NCBI GenBank assembly: GCA_965203835.1
Contig: OZ241919.1
Location: 3,220,188 to 3,284,187 of the forward strand
Direction of reading: 5' to 3'
Length of the DNA: 64,000 nt
From: Dehalococcoidia bacterium
GTDB lineage: Bacteria; Chloroflexota; Dehalococcoidia; Lucifugimonadales; UBA3495
In this document: one piece after another, positions 46,545 through 55,877 of the stretch
Numbering within the stretch: position 1 is the first letter of the stretch
How the letters are laid out: every line of letters begins with the position of its first letter
Notes under the pieces: generated by a model
The model's database searches: none
Seen by the model: the letters and a program-made list of their open reading frames with translations, nothing else
What the model was told of the DNA's origin: nothing
Position numbers and translations under genes: made by a program

Positions 46545-47573
46545 CTAGCTCCCGTTCCGGCCCAAGCTCTGGGTAAGCTCGACGAACTTGTCCAGTTTGT
46601 CCAGGGCTGCGCCGCTGTCGATGATTTGCGCGGCCATTTCCACGCCCTCACGGATGGTCTTAACCAGGTCTCCTACAAGCAGAACGCCGGCGCTGTTGAG
46701 CAAAACCATGTCGCGCACCGGCCCCGGCTCGCCTTGGAAGAGGCGGCGCATGGTGGCGGCGTTCTGATCCCGGTCCCCGCCGCGGACCGCTTCGACCGGC
46801 GTATGGGGAAGGCCGGTATCGGCCACGTGCAGGGTCCATTCCCTGACTTGGTCTCCTCGCAGTTCCCACACCGAGGTGTCACCGGAGAGGGATATTTCGT
46901 CCAAGCCGCCGTGGCCGTGGACGATCATGGCGCGGTGCGACCCCAGCAGCCGGAGCACCTCCGCCATCGTCGCGCCCAGTTCGGGGAAGGCCACGCCGAT
47001 AAGCTGGACTTGGGCGCCGGCGGGGTTGGTTAACGGGCCGAGGATGTTGAAGACGGTGCGGATGCCGATTTCCCGGCGTACCGGGCCGGCGTGGCGCATG
47101 GCGGGGTGGAAGGCTTGGGCGAACATGTAGCCGACGCCCACCTCGTTGATACAGCGGGCAACGGCGTTGGGCGTAAGCTCGATGCTTGCTCCAAGGGCCT
47201 CGAGGATGTCGGCGCTGCCGCAGGAGCTGGAGGCGGCGCGGTTGCCGTGCTTGGCTACCTTCAGCCCTGCGCCCGCTGCGACAAAGGCAGTGGCGGTGGA
47301 GATGTTGAAAGAGTTGCTGCCGTCGCCGCCGGTGCCGACGGTGTCTACGACCGTTCCGTCCACCTCCACTCGCAAGGCGAACTCGCGCATGACGGCGGCC
47401 ATACCGGCTATTTCCTGAGTCGTCTCGCCTTTCAGCCGGAGGGCGGTGAGGAAGGACCCCAGTTGGGCCGGGGTGGCTTCACCTCCCATGATTTCACGCA
47501 TCACCGCCGATGCGTCGGCCATGTCGAGGGAACGACCGGACACTACATGGTCGATTGCTTCACGAATGTTCAA
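46545..47573 (-). CDS. trpD: Anthranilate phosphoribosyltransferase
   Basis: VDTVGTGGDGSNSFNISTA and KHGNRAASS motifs. Confidence 0.95.
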   Translation of the reverse strand: MNIREAIDHVVSGRSLDMADASAVMREIMGGEATPAQLGSFLTALRLKGETTQEIAGMAAVMREFALRVEVDGTVVDTVGTGGDGSNSFNISTATAFVAAGAGLKVAKHGNRAASSSCGSADILEALGASIELTPNAVARCINEVGVGYMFAQAFHPAMRHAGPVRREIGIRTVFNILGPLTNPAGAQVQLIGVAFPELGATMAEVLRLLGSHRAMIVHGHGGLDEISLSGDTSVWELRGDQVREWTLHVADTGLPHTPVEAVRGGDRDQNAATMRRLFQGEPGPVRDMVLLNSAGVLLVGDLVKTIREGVEMAAQIIDSGAALDKLDKFVELTQSLGRNGS

Positions 47574-47617
47574 GCATGTTACTCCAAGAAGATATAAATT
47601 CCCAAGGACGGAATTTA

Positions 47618-47914
47618 CTACACCAAGTCGGCCTCACTGATTCGCCGCGCCCCGTGAATTACCGTAATTACCACAACCGTGTCTCCATCAATACGATAGA
47701 TTACCCGGTAGGGGTGTACCAGGACTTGGCGAATATCGCGACGTCGGGACTCTGTCAGGATACGACCGGATTCAGGGAAATCGGACAAATTGGTTGCTGC
47801 TTGATATATGGCTTCAAAGACCGCATTCGCGTTTGCTTCCGAATTTCTCGCAATGTAGAGCCATATAGCGTGAATGTCACTGGTAGCTTGCGACGTCCAA
47901 ACTACTCGCGCCAC
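47618..47914 (-). CDS. RelE/ParE-family toxin
   Basis: 98 aa. W...A..D...I..YI ... FPESGRI ... RQVLVHPYRVIYRIDGDTVVVITVIHGAR is the ParE-type pattern. Confidence 0.8.
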   Translation of the reverse strand: MARVVWTSQATSDIHAIWLYIARNSEANANAVFEAIYQAATNLSDFPESGRILTESRRRDIRQVLVHPYRVIYRIDGDTVVVITVIHGARRISEADLV

Positions 47915-48252
47915 TTGGCCAACCTTTGTTTGACCTCCTCGTGGGGGATTACTTCTCCACGCTCCATCTCGTCAAGTCCTATCTCAACCTTAAGAATTAC
48001 GTACAGCCAGTCGACGGCTTCATGGATAGTTTCGTCGTGAGGTAGTCCATCAGGCAAACGCTGTAACGATTCAATTACTTGGGCTTTTTTAAGAGGGAAT
48101 GTAGCTCCAGGAGTAGCGTTTTTCCCATGCCCCACGCGTTCCACTCGAAGTGAAGAGGTGTAGAGCTTGCTTAACCGGACGACGGCTTCGTCGAAAGTGA
48201 AATTGTCCGGAAGTTCCTGTAGCAGGTCCAGGATATCTTCTTTGGCGGTCAT
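47902..48252 (-). CDS. Antitoxin partner of the ParE-like toxin (with internal partial duplication)
   Basis: It overlaps the toxin start by 13 nt. The C-terminal half, LQRLPDGLPHDETIHEAVDWLYVILKVEIGLDEMERGEVIPHEEVKQRLAKW, resembles a short antitoxin family I recall. The N-terminal ILDLLQELPDNFTFDEAVVRLSKLY repeats its first part. Confidence 0.6.
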   Translation of the reverse strand: MTAKEDILDLLQELPDNFTFDEAVVRLSKLYTSSLRVERVGHGKNATPGATFPLKKAQVIESLQRLPDGLPHDETIHEAVDWLYVILKVEIGLDEMERGEVIPHEEVKQRLAKWRE

Positions 48253-48310
48253 GTTGATGCCTTCTAACTACGATTGCGAGGTTGGGTTGATTTTACACTG
48301 TACCGAGCTA

Positions 48311-48535
48311 TCAGATTGGTACCTCTGCCTCGACCAGATATGCTTCGAGCATTGAAGTATATTCTTCCAACGAATCTGTACCGAAGGTTTCTACGTAAAA
48401 GCAAACTGCCGATTTCACATCATCCAAGGCTTCCTGATATGTGTCGCCCTGTCCAACGATGACCCCTTTGAGGCCCACAGGGTAGGCGACGAATCCATCG
48501 ACGTGCTTCTCGACCAAAACTTTCATCCGTTTCAT
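48311..48535 (-). CDS. HicB-like (UPF0150) antitoxin, no HicA seen
   Basis: MKVLVEKHVDGFVAYPVGLKGVIVGQGDTYQEALDDVKSAVCFYVE fits the HicB N-domain pattern (dG.y.a..P.l.G....G.T.eEA......A). The start is taken at an internal ATG and is uncertain (48526-48562). Confidence 0.65.
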   Translation of the reverse strand: MKRMKVLVEKHVDGFVAYPVGLKGVIVGQGDTYQEALDDVKSAVCFYVETFGTDSLEEYTSMLEAYLVEAEVPI

Positions 48536-48629
48536 GGAGTTACACCGTTCGTCCTGCACCAATTCACCGATACTGGTTCAGACTACACCCTTGGATGGGT
48601 GAACGTCTAACAATGCACGGTGCCGCGGA

Positions 48630-49208
48630 TTACCGATTCGCTTCCACGCGGTCGAGGAAGTTTTGTAAAAGGTGTTTGCCGTCGGGGGTCATTATGGACT
48701 CCGGGTGGAACTGGACAGCTTCGACTGGGTATTCCTTGTGGCGCAGGCCCATGATGAGGCCGTTTTCGGTCCAGGCAGTGACTTCGAGGCATTCCGGGAC
48801 GGTCTCGGGGTAGATGACGAGGGAGTGGTAGCGTATCGCCTCGAATGGCTGGGGCAGGCCCGACAGGACGCCCGCGCCGTTGTGGTGGATCATGGATGTC
48901 TTGCCGTGACGGATCTCGCCGGCCCGGTCTACCTTGGCGCCGTAGACGTGGCCGACGCACTGGTGCCCCAAGCAGACGCCCAACGTGGGCAACCTCGGGC
49001 CGAAGTGGCGGATGACGTCGTTGGAGATACCGGCCTGAAGGGGAGTGGACGGGCCCGGGGAAATGACGATTCCTTGAGGCGCAAGGTCTTCTATTTCTTC
49101 CAGGGTTATCTTGTCGTTGCGGAAGGTCTTCACCTCTGCACCAAGCTCCGACAGGTACTGGTAGAGGTTGTAGGTAAAGCTGTCGTAGTTGTCGATCATC
49201 AATATCAT
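48630..49208 (-). CDS. trpG: Anthranilate synthase component II (glutamine amidotransferase)
   Basis: [19 protein letters not shown], catalytic GVCLGHQ, and the HPES histidine region. Confidence 0.95.
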   Translation of the reverse strand: MILMIDNYDSFTYNLYQYLSELGAEVKTFRNDKITLEEIEDLAPQGIVISPGPSTPLQAGISNDVIRHFGPRLPTLGVCLGHQCVGHVYGAKVDRAGEIRHGKTSMIHHNGAGVLSGLPQPFEAIRYHSLVIYPETVPECLEVTAWTENGLIMGLRHKEYPVEAVQFHPESIMTPDGKHLLQNFLDRVEANR

Positions 49209-49233
49209 TGCAGCAACTCCATGTTTTCGGGAC

Positions 49234-50688
49234 TTACTCCCGGCCCTCGGCGCGGTCGATGGCCCTCATCAGCGCACCCGCCTTGTGCCTGGTTTCCTGG
49301 TATTCGTCTTCGACTACGCTGTCGGCGACGATGCCGCCGCCAGCCTGGACGTACATGGTGCCGTCCTTGTAGATGCCAGTGCGAAGCACCAGGGCGGTGT
49401 CCATGTTGCCGGAGTAGCTGAAGTAACCGACGGCGCCGCCGTAGGGGCCGCGCTTTTCGCCCTCCACCTCGGCGATGATTTCCATGGCGCGAATCTTGGG
49501 AGCGCCGGAAACGGTGCCTGCGGGGAAGCATGAGCGCAGGGCATCGTAGGGGGTCAGGTCTTTCCGCAGCCGACCCTCAACGTGGGATACCAAGTGCATG
49601 ACGTGGGAAAACCGCTCCACGTCCATGAGCTGGGTGACGTGGACCGTACCCGGGTCGCTGACTCGGCCGATGTCGTTGCGTCCGAGGTCAACCAGCATGA
49701 TGTGTTCGGCCCGCTGCTTTTCGCTGCTCTTCAGTTCGGCTTCGTTGGCGTCATCCTCTCCGGCAGTGCGCCCGCGGGGTCGGGTGCCGGCGATGGGGTG
49801 GGTGGCGGCGATGCCGTCCTCGACCTTGACCACGGTTTCGATGGCAGCGCCGACGATCTGGAAGCCGTCCAGGTCCAGGTAGTACATGTAGGGCGAGGGG
49901 TTGACGCTGCGGAGAGCGCGGTAGACTTGGAAGGGGTGGGCGTCGGTGCGGCGTGAGAAACGCTGGGAGTTGACTACCTGGATGATGTCACCGGCATAGA
50001 CATATTCGATGCATTTTTCAATGGCATTGGCGTAGCGTTCGGTGGTGAAGTTGGACTCTATGTTTGGGGACCCATTCGGGCCGAAACTGCCGTCCTGCAA
50101 CTCGGGAGGCAAGACGAGGGGTTGGGCCAGCCTGTCTACCATTTCGTCGATGCGGCGGGTGGCTTCAGCATAGGCTTTTTCCACGTCGCCGTAGAGATAA
50201 GCGTGGCTGACGACCTTGATGTCGTGGCGGAGGTGGTCGAAGATAAGGATGGTCTCACCGAACATGAAGACAGATTCGGGCAGGCCCTGCGGGTCGGCTG
50301 GCATGGGCGGCACCCTTGGCTCAAAGTAGCGGATGGTATCGTAGGCCAGGTAGCCCACGGCCCCGCCATGGAAGCCGGGCAGACCCTCGACCGGGATGTA
50401 CTGGTACTGCCCCATCTCCTCCTCGACCGGCAACAACGGGTCTATCTCCCCTGCCTCTGAGCCTGGACCGGTCTGTACCACCTTGTATGGTTCTGTTCCG
50501 ATGAAACTGTAGCGTCCCAGCCGTTCCCCGCCCTCCACGCTTTCCAGCAGGTAGGAGTAGGGGCCGCGGGCCACCTTGAGGTAGGCTGATACGGGGGTCT
50601 CAAGGTCGGCGTTGATGGACCGGTAGACCGGGACAAGGTTGCCTTGGCCGGCCAGGGCTTTGACCTGTTCGAGGGAGGGGTAGTACAT
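49234..50688 (-). CDS. trpE: Anthranilate synthase component I
   Basis: [14 protein letters not shown], and C-terminal [20 protein letters not shown] and [16 protein letters not shown] precedes the ATG. Confidence 0.96.
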   Translation of the reverse strand: MYYPSLEQVKALAGQGNLVPVYRSINADLETPVSAYLKVARGPYSYLLESVEGGERLGRYSFIGTEPYKVVQTGPGSEAGEIDPLLPVEEEMGQYQYIPVEGLPGFHGGAVGYLAYDTIRYFEPRVPPMPADPQGLPESVFMFGETILIFDHLRHDIKVVSHAYLYGDVEKAYAEATRRIDEMVDRLAQPLVLPPELQDGSFGPNGSPNIESNFTTERYANAIEKCIEYVYAGDIIQVVNSQRFSRRTDAHPFQVYRALRSVNPSPYMYYLDLDGFQIVGAAIETVVKVEDGIAATHPIAGTRPRGRTAGEDDANEAELKSSEKQRAEHIMLVDLGRNDIGRVSDPGTVHVTQLMDVERFSHVMHLVSHVEGRLRKDLTPYDALRSCFPAGTVSGAPKIRAMEIIAEVEGEKRGPYGGAVGYFSYSGNMDTALVLRTGIYKDGTMYVQAGGGIVADSVVEDEYQETRHKAGALMRAIDRAEGRE

Positions 50689-50701
50689 GGGGTCTCTCCT
50701 T

Positions 50702-51042
50702 GAAAATCAGTCAAAAATAAAAGACCCGCCCCAAGGGACGGGTCTAGCTCGCGTTGCCACCCTCATTTCCGGACCAGCCCCAAGATGTAGACGGGCCTTG
50801 CCGGAATCTCTATCGGCGGGAGGGACCTCAGCCTACGCGGCCCCTGTGCCGGGGGCCTTTAACGGCGCCCAACCGTCGCAGCCTAGCACCGAGTCGCCTT
50901 GGCGATTCGGATGATCGGCCTGCGGCTCCGGGGTCCATTCGTCTTTCCGCTCTTGGCGCCGGCTCCCACCTAACCCGGCTCTCTGGGCCACGCTGGAAGA
51001 CTACTACTCCCCTTCACAGCCTTTGGAGTATTTGATTTTCAC
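50702..51042 (-). promoter_or_regulatory. T-box riboswitch leader, probable Trp (UGG) specifier
   Basis: RNA sense contains AGUAGUAG, an AGAGAG box, a GGUGGGAG distal-loop motif, a GAA-UGG-A specifier-like context, and the T-box sequence AAAUGAGGGUGGCAACGCGAG immediately 5' of the terminator. UGGC would pair with a G73-CCA tRNA end. Confidence 0.75.
50712..50745 (-). terminator. Intrinsic terminator of the T-box leader
   Basis: RNA sense: AGACCCGUCC-CUUG-GGGCGGGUCU, a 10-bp stem followed by UUUUAUUUUU. It ends about 25 nt before the trpE start. Confidence 0.85.
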
Positions 51043-51048
51043 ACAATC

Positions 51049-51078
51049 AGGCTACGCCGTCAGCGATATAGCTGTCAA
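51049..51078 (-). promoter_or_regulatory. Possible promoter of the trp leader
   Basis: The minus strand reads TTGACA - 18 nt - TAGCCT, directly after the vapC stop. Confidence 0.35.
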
Positions 51079-51094
51079 GTGGCGAAATCAGAAG

Positions 51095-51514
51095 TCATTG
51101 GTCATCCCGCAACAGAGCACGGAACCCTGCCTGTACGAAATCGCGGTCATGCGCCAAGGCTTCTTGGATGCGCCTTTGCTCCATGATTAAAAAACTTGAG
51201 CAATCGGTGAGGCTCCAACTTTGGTTAAGGCGCTCTCTGTAACGCTCGGTGGCGGCCCAGAACTGCGTGGTGGTCTGCGGCACAATTTTCACGGCAGAAT
51301 TGGCCCGAAGCCCTCTCACCGTTTCTACGGCCAGATGACGCTCGTATCGTCCAATATGGGACATGTGGTTTAGAAACTCGGCCAGCACCATGTCACTTGT
51401 AACTATCTGGCGCGAACCAAGCTGATGGACGATATTTTGCGCTCTCTGATGCAAATCATCACGAGGGTTCGTTATTGCAATCCAGTAGCCGGTATCCGCA
51501 AAGACCTCCCTCAT
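51095..51514 (-). CDS. vapC: PIN-domain toxin (VapC family)
   Basis: VFADTGYWIAITNPRDDLH ... SDMVLAEFLN ... SLTDCSSFLIM ... ALAHDRDF. The acidic PIN residues are all present. 139 aa. Confidence 0.8.
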   Translation of the reverse strand: MREVFADTGYWIAITNPRDDLHQRAQNIVHQLGSRQIVTSDMVLAEFLNHMSHIGRYERHLAVETVRGLRANSAVKIVPQTTTQFWAATERYRERLNQSWSLTDCSSFLIMEQRRIQEALAHDRDFVQAGFRALLRDDQ

Positions 51515-51517
51515 TCA

Positions 51518-52210
51518 TTACTCTTCTTTCGGGAAACCATAGAGGTAATGCTTGTAGTTCTTAGCCAAATCGGACGGAGGAGGAACATATCCTTCCGGTT
51601 CGGGGTTGGATCGGTGGATTTCGGCGAACATTTCCAAAATAGACACAGCCGTCGAGCCGTCTGTAATCTCACGAGGTTTCATTATCGGAGGAACGGTCAT
51701 AACCTCTGAGGTTCCTGCCATTATGTTTTGTCTAATAACGGCATTGTATATAGGGTTACGGCCGTCACATTCGCTGAGAATAATGCTCTCATCCCACCTT
51801 AATGTCTTGCCCCATTTCGCATACATCCGCCGTACTGAGTCTGATATGTCCATTGGAAACGGGTCAGTGTCTTGGGCTGCGATCAATGTTTCATCGACGA
51901 TTCGCGCCGCGTCGAACAATCTTTCTGTCTGATGAACCCGCATTTCCGGAACAATGAACTCTAGGCGTACTGAACAAGAACCCGCGCCGATGTCACTGAT
52001 TCCTAGACGAAAGTCCTGGGCGAACCCTCTGGGCAAGCGTTCCCGGCCAGGGTGTTCCAGCAACCAAGTCTCCCGAATGGTCGCAATCAGAATCGTCCTG
52101 TAAATCAGCAGTTCGTTCAATACATCCAAGTCCAGCCAACCTTCGGTTTCCTCAAAGCGTCCGCCGGTGAAATGAATGTCCTTGAGAAACTGTCTCTCGT
52201 GTTTAGCCAT
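51518..52210 (-). CDS. Large (230 aa) protein coupled to VapC; C-terminal tail antitoxin-like, N-terminal domain unknown
   Basis: The stop TAA is followed by TGAATG of vapC, a 3-nt gap. The C-terminal ...PPSDLAKNYKHYLYGFPKEE resembles the ...HD.YLYG tail I recall from short PIN-associated antitoxins. The first ~190 aa match nothing I recognise. Confidence 0.6.
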   Translation of the reverse strand: MAKHERQFLKDIHFTGGRFEETEGWLDLDVLNELLIYRTILIATIRETWLLEHPGRERLPRGFAQDFRLGISDIGAGSCSVRLEFIVPEMRVHQTERLFDAARIVDETLIAAQDTDPFPMDISDSVRRMYAKWGKTLRWDESIILSECDGRNPIYNAVIRQNIMAGTSEVMTVPPIMKPREITDGSTAVSILEMFAEIHRSNPEPEGYVPPPSDLAKNYKHYLYGFPKEE

Positions 52211-52290
52211 TTTCGTACTTACCCTTGAGTCCGATCTAACGGCGCGGTTGACCCATGGAGTAGTTTAGCAGCTTTTGTCCACGGCTTTTC

Positions 52291-52722
52291 CTAAACCGTG
52301 GCCTCTCCCAAGCCTCCTTCCTCCGCCGGAGGTGCTTCGTCTTCGCCGGGCCAGGGTGGGGTGGTGAAGCAGAGGAAGCGGAGGGGAGCATCATCATAGG
52401 CACTGAACTGGAAGCGCCAGCCCGTCGGGATGGCCAAGGCGTCGCCGGGTATTACTTCTACCGGAGGATATTGGGCGTGAGAGGCGCCGGGCGGGCAGCG
52501 CCAGACTTGGCCCCGGCCTTCCAGGATGTACCAGATTTCTTCGACGGTGCGGTGCCAGACTGGGCGGGATACTTGGCCTGCCGGAAGAGTTACCTCGACC
52601 ATGCTGGCGCGGGATGCGGAGTGGCGGGCGTCCACGAGCAACCGGATTTCCGAGCCGTCGGGGGCCGTCACGTCGGGGTCATGTCCCCGGCGGGCTAATG
52701 GGGGCAATGGCGGTTGGGACAT
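52291..52722 (-). CDS. Cupin-domain protein
   Basis: Cupin-like strands VWHRTVEEIWYILEGRGQVW ... GDALAIPTGWRFQF. Confidence 0.7.
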   Translation of the reverse strand: MSQPPLPPLARRGHDPDVTAPDGSEIRLLVDARHSASRASMVEVTLPAGQVSRPVWHRTVEEIWYILEGRGQVWRCPPGASHAQYPPVEVIPGDALAIPTGWRFQFSAYDDAPLRFLCFTTPPWPGEDEAPPAEEGGLGEATV

Positions 52723-52732
52723 GCCTTTCTCC

Positions 52733-54148
52733 TCATGCGGTCAAAGAGAGACCGATCAGCTTCCAGTATGGGAGCACTACAGCAAACAACACCGCCATGG
52801 TGACGACCGTCATAACGACGCCAAACCGAAACACCTCCGGACCGGGGAGGTTGGCCCGCTGGAAGATGATTACGCTGGCGGTGGCGCTGGCCGGATAATA
52901 GACTACAGAGTCCCCGACCACTACTATGGCAAGGCCGCAAAGCAACGGGTTGAGGCCCAAGGGGCCGGCGGCGGCCAACACAACCGGAGCCAGGAAGGCC
53001 AGGTATCCCGCTATGTTGGGCATCATCGCTCTGACCAGGGCGGCGGCGACGCATAGGGCCAGCAGCAGCACGAGGGGAGAATCGTGCAACATGTCGGCGC
53101 CGCTGACCAAGGTCTCCGCGAACCAGGACGCGGCTCCGGTGGCCACCAGGGCTTGGGCCAACGACAGGGATGTAGCAACGACGATGAATACACTCCAGCC
53201 CAGTTCCTGTTCCACGTCGCGCCACGACAACAGCCCTATGCCCGGCATGAGGATGGCGCACATGGCGATGAGGGCCGGCATAGCAGGGTGCAGACCGTGG
53301 GCGAAGTCGGTGAACCAGAGCAGCGCGGTGCCCGCGGCAATTGCCGCCGCCTTTTTTTCGGCGGAAGTAATCGGTCCCAGTTTCAACAATGCGCCGGTGG
53401 ACGCCGGCGCTGCGGTGAACCCGGACCTGTAGAGAAGGAACAGTGCCAAACCTCCGAATACCAGAAGGGCGTAGAACGGGAGCGCCATCAGGACGAACCA
53501 TCTACCCCAGGAAAAGTCGCCAAGCAACGACGACGCCACAACGGGAGTGATGCCGCCCGCCAGCAGGGCGGTGGACGCCAGCCGATTGAGAGATCCCATG
53601 GCCAGCATGATTGCCTTGTGAAGGGTGGAACCGGCAGGCACTTGCCAATGGTTCAGCGCCTGTTCATAGATGTACACCATGATGGCGCCGCGAGTGCTGG
53701 CCGACGGCAAGGCGTAGGTCAGCACGGCGAAGGAAACCAGCATTTGAAAGTAAAGGCTTTTGGGGTTGCCCGACGCCAAGCGGACGAGATGCACGGCGAT
53801 GCGCTCGGCGAGGCCGGACTTGTGGACTGCCAATCCCAAGGAGAGTATTCCAATCAGGAAATAGGATACGGGCTGAGAAAAACCGTAGAAGGCCTGAACG
53901 ACGTCGGGAACGGCGTTGACCAGCACCAGAAGCACCACGCAGCCAAGGCCGGTCAGGGCGATGGGAACAACCTCGGTGGCCCACAGGACTACGGCAAGGG
54001 CCATGACCGCCAGTGCCCTTTGCCCTTCGGGTGTCAAGCCGTCCGGAGCGGGCGACAGAAGCACGGCGAAGAAGACCACGACGGCTGCACCGCCCTTCAA
54101 CGCCGACGGCAAGCCTTGGCTGATAGCAGGGAGAAACGTATCACGCAA
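52733..54148 (-). CDS. DASS/SLC13-type anion transporter (ArsB/NhaD permease superfamily)
   Basis: 471 aa with about 12 hydrophobic segments. ALAVMALAVVLWATEVVPIALTGL near the N-terminus is typical of the CitT/DASS family. Confidence 0.7.
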   Translation of the reverse strand: MRDTFLPAISQGLPSALKGGAAVVVFFAVLLSPAPDGLTPEGQRALAVMALAVVLWATEVVPIALTGLGCVVLLVLVNAVPDVVQAFYGFSQPVSYFLIGILSLGLAVHKSGLAERIAVHLVRLASGNPKSLYFQMLVSFAVLTYALPSASTRGAIMVYIYEQALNHWQVPAGSTLHKAIMLAMGSLNRLASTALLAGGITPVVASSLLGDFSWGRWFVLMALPFYALLVFGGLALFLLYRSGFTAAPASTGALLKLGPITSAEKKAAAIAAGTALLWFTDFAHGLHPAMPALIAMCAILMPGIGLLSWRDVEQELGWSVFIVVATSLSLAQALVATGAASWFAETLVSGADMLHDSPLVLLLALCVAAALVRAMMPNIAGYLAFLAPVVLAAAGPLGLNPLLCGLAIVVVGDSVVYYPASATASVIIFQRANLPGPEVFRFGVVMTVVTMAVLFAVVLPYWKLIGLSLTA

Positions 54149-54232
54149 AGGACACCAAGTTTTGTAGAGCTCAGGAACTATCTCAAAACCAACCGTCTTC
54201 CCTGACGACCACTCATTGGTGACCTAAGCTTA

Positions 54233-54259
54233 TGGATTCCCGCCTGCGCGGGAATGACG
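54233..54259. repeat. REP-like hairpin, canonical copy
   Basis: TGGATTCCCGCCTGCGCGGGAATGACG. Confidence 0.9.
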
Positions 54260-54367
54260 AGTTAGAGATGCGCCAAGGTTTGAGAGACAAATTTTGAGAT
54301 CGGTACTTAATCAACGCCCCCGGCGCATTGGCCGGGGGCGGCAGAATATCCGGGAGTCCGGGCTTTT

Positions 54368-55141
54368 TCAGGAAGCTATGGGCTTGCGCCCCTTGCGGTC
54401 AAGGAAGTCCTTGAAACCTTCCTCGACGGACAGGCCGCGGAAGCGCCCGGAGCGGGCGTTGATTTCGTTGAGGTATTGCTGTTCCTGGGATAGCCCGCTG
54501 TGTTCTTGCAGCATCTGCTTGATGTTGGCCACGCCCTCTACGCGGTTCTTGGCGATGCCGGCGGCGATCTCCACCGCTTTGTCAATCAACTGCTCGGACG
54601 GCACCAAGTGGTTGATCAACCCCATGTGGTAGGCCTCGTCGGCGAAGACCTCGCGCCCGCTGTAGAGGAGTTCCTTGGCCCTGGGCAGCCCCACCATGAC
54701 GGGGAGGCTCCAAGTGGCGTTCATCTGGCCGTAGTTGACGGCGAGGAAGCGGAAGCTGGTGCGTTCGCAGCCTACCAGGAAGTCGAGGGAGGTGGCCATG
54801 ACGGTGCCGCCGCCGTAGCACAGGCCGTTGATGGCCCCGATTACGGGCTTGGCGCAGGTGGCGAGGTGCCATGTGTACTCAGACCTCTGCTCATTGACTA
54901 CAGCCCGCCTTTCGTCGGACAGTTCCCGGTTTTCGTGGATGTCGGCGCCGGCCGAGAAGGCCCGCTCGCCGGCCCCGGTGATGATGATGGCGCCAACGCC
55001 GTCGTCCCGCTCCATCTCGGTGATGGCTTCGTCCAACTCGCTTACCAGTTGCAGGTTGAGGGCGTTCAACACCTCGGGGCGGTTCAGAGTTACGATGGCG
55101 ACCCGGTCCACTCGGTCGGTTTTGATGGCCTCACGGCTCAT
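54368..55141 (-). CDS. Enoyl-CoA hydratase/isomerase (crotonase) family protein
   Basis: VAIVTLNRPEVLNALN ... IITGAGERAFSAGADI ... INGLCYGGG. The start is set at the ATG at 55141 behind AGGAG. Confidence 0.88.
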   Translation of the reverse strand: MSREAIKTDRVDRVAIVTLNRPEVLNALNLQLVSELDEAITEMERDDGVGAIIITGAGERAFSAGADIHENRELSDERRAVVNEQRSEYTWHLATCAKPVIGAINGLCYGGGTVMATSLDFLVGCERTSFRFLAVNYGQMNATWSLPVMVGLPRAKELLYSGREVFADEAYHMGLINHLVPSEQLIDKAVEIAAGIAKNRVEGVANIKQMLQEHSGLSQEQQYLNEINARSGRFRGLSVEEGFKDFLDRKGRKPIAS

Positions 55142-55307
55142 AATAGTCCACTCCTGATGGTCTCGTGGCTCCTTGGGGTTGCTGGCGTAACGCCGCCCAA
55201 TCAAGCCGGGGCTAATCATAAAACACCGCCAAGGCCAACGCAAACGAGGGAGTGAGAAAATTGCAAAACTTCAGTGAGTCTACATACGCGCCCTCTTTGC
55301 CTCATGC

Positions 55308-55877
55308 TTACATCTGGAGAGCAATCTCCAGCCGCCGGGCAAGGGAGTCAAAGTCCTCCGGGCATTTTTGACGGATGGCACGAACCCGGCGGGACGCCTC
55401 TTCCCCCAAAGCCTTCCTGCCACGTCCGAGCGAGCCAGTTAAGCCGCGCATAGCGGCTAACGGTTCAAAATACCGTTCTTTAACATCAACTTCTGCTCGA
55501 ACATCCAACCAGCGCCAGTCGCTAGGCAGGTCCACTCCGGCCAGAACCCAAGTCTCGATTTCTTCCCAAGCATTTTCGGCGATAAAAATGCGCCCGCTTC
55601 CAAATTCCCGTTCGATCTGGTCGAGCCTCTGACGCCTCCCCTCGACACCATCACGGTCAACGCACAGTATGAAAATGTCCACCGTTCCTTGATACCGTTG
55701 GACGATTTGCGCCAAGCCTTCCGATGTTAGAGCTTCCGCGATGCCACGAAACCGAGGGTTGTAACATATTGAGACATTTATGGTGGAGAAGCCCATGCGC
55801 TTGAACAGCCGGGAAAACAGCGGCTTGAGAATGTACTGGTCATTTTGGAAGTCCTCTGGGATGATCATGACCTCCAT
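55308..55877 (-). CDS. Toprim-like protein of the DUF4276/DUF4435 (OLD-nuclease-related) type
   Basis: VMIIPEDFQND (Glu), ILCVDRDG (DxD) and IAENAWEEIETWVLAG follow the DUF4276 layout as I recall it. The ATG shares its A with the upstream ATPase stop (TGATG). Confidence 0.5.
   Translation of the reverse strand: MEVMIIPEDFQNDQYILKPLFSRLFKRMGFSTINVSICYNPRFRGIAEALTSEGLAQIVQRYQGTVDIFILCVDRDGVEGRRQRLDQIEREFGSGRIFIAENAWEEIETWVLAGVDLPSDWRWLDVRAEVDVKERYFEPLAAMRGLTGSLGRGRKALGEEASRRVRAIRQKCPEDFDSLARRLEIALQM

Noticed and set aside
50689-51094. Classical Trp-codon leader-peptide attenuator upstream of trpE.
   Set aside because: I saw no short ORF with tandem TGG codons in the leader. The T-box sequence, specifier context and terminator explain the region better.
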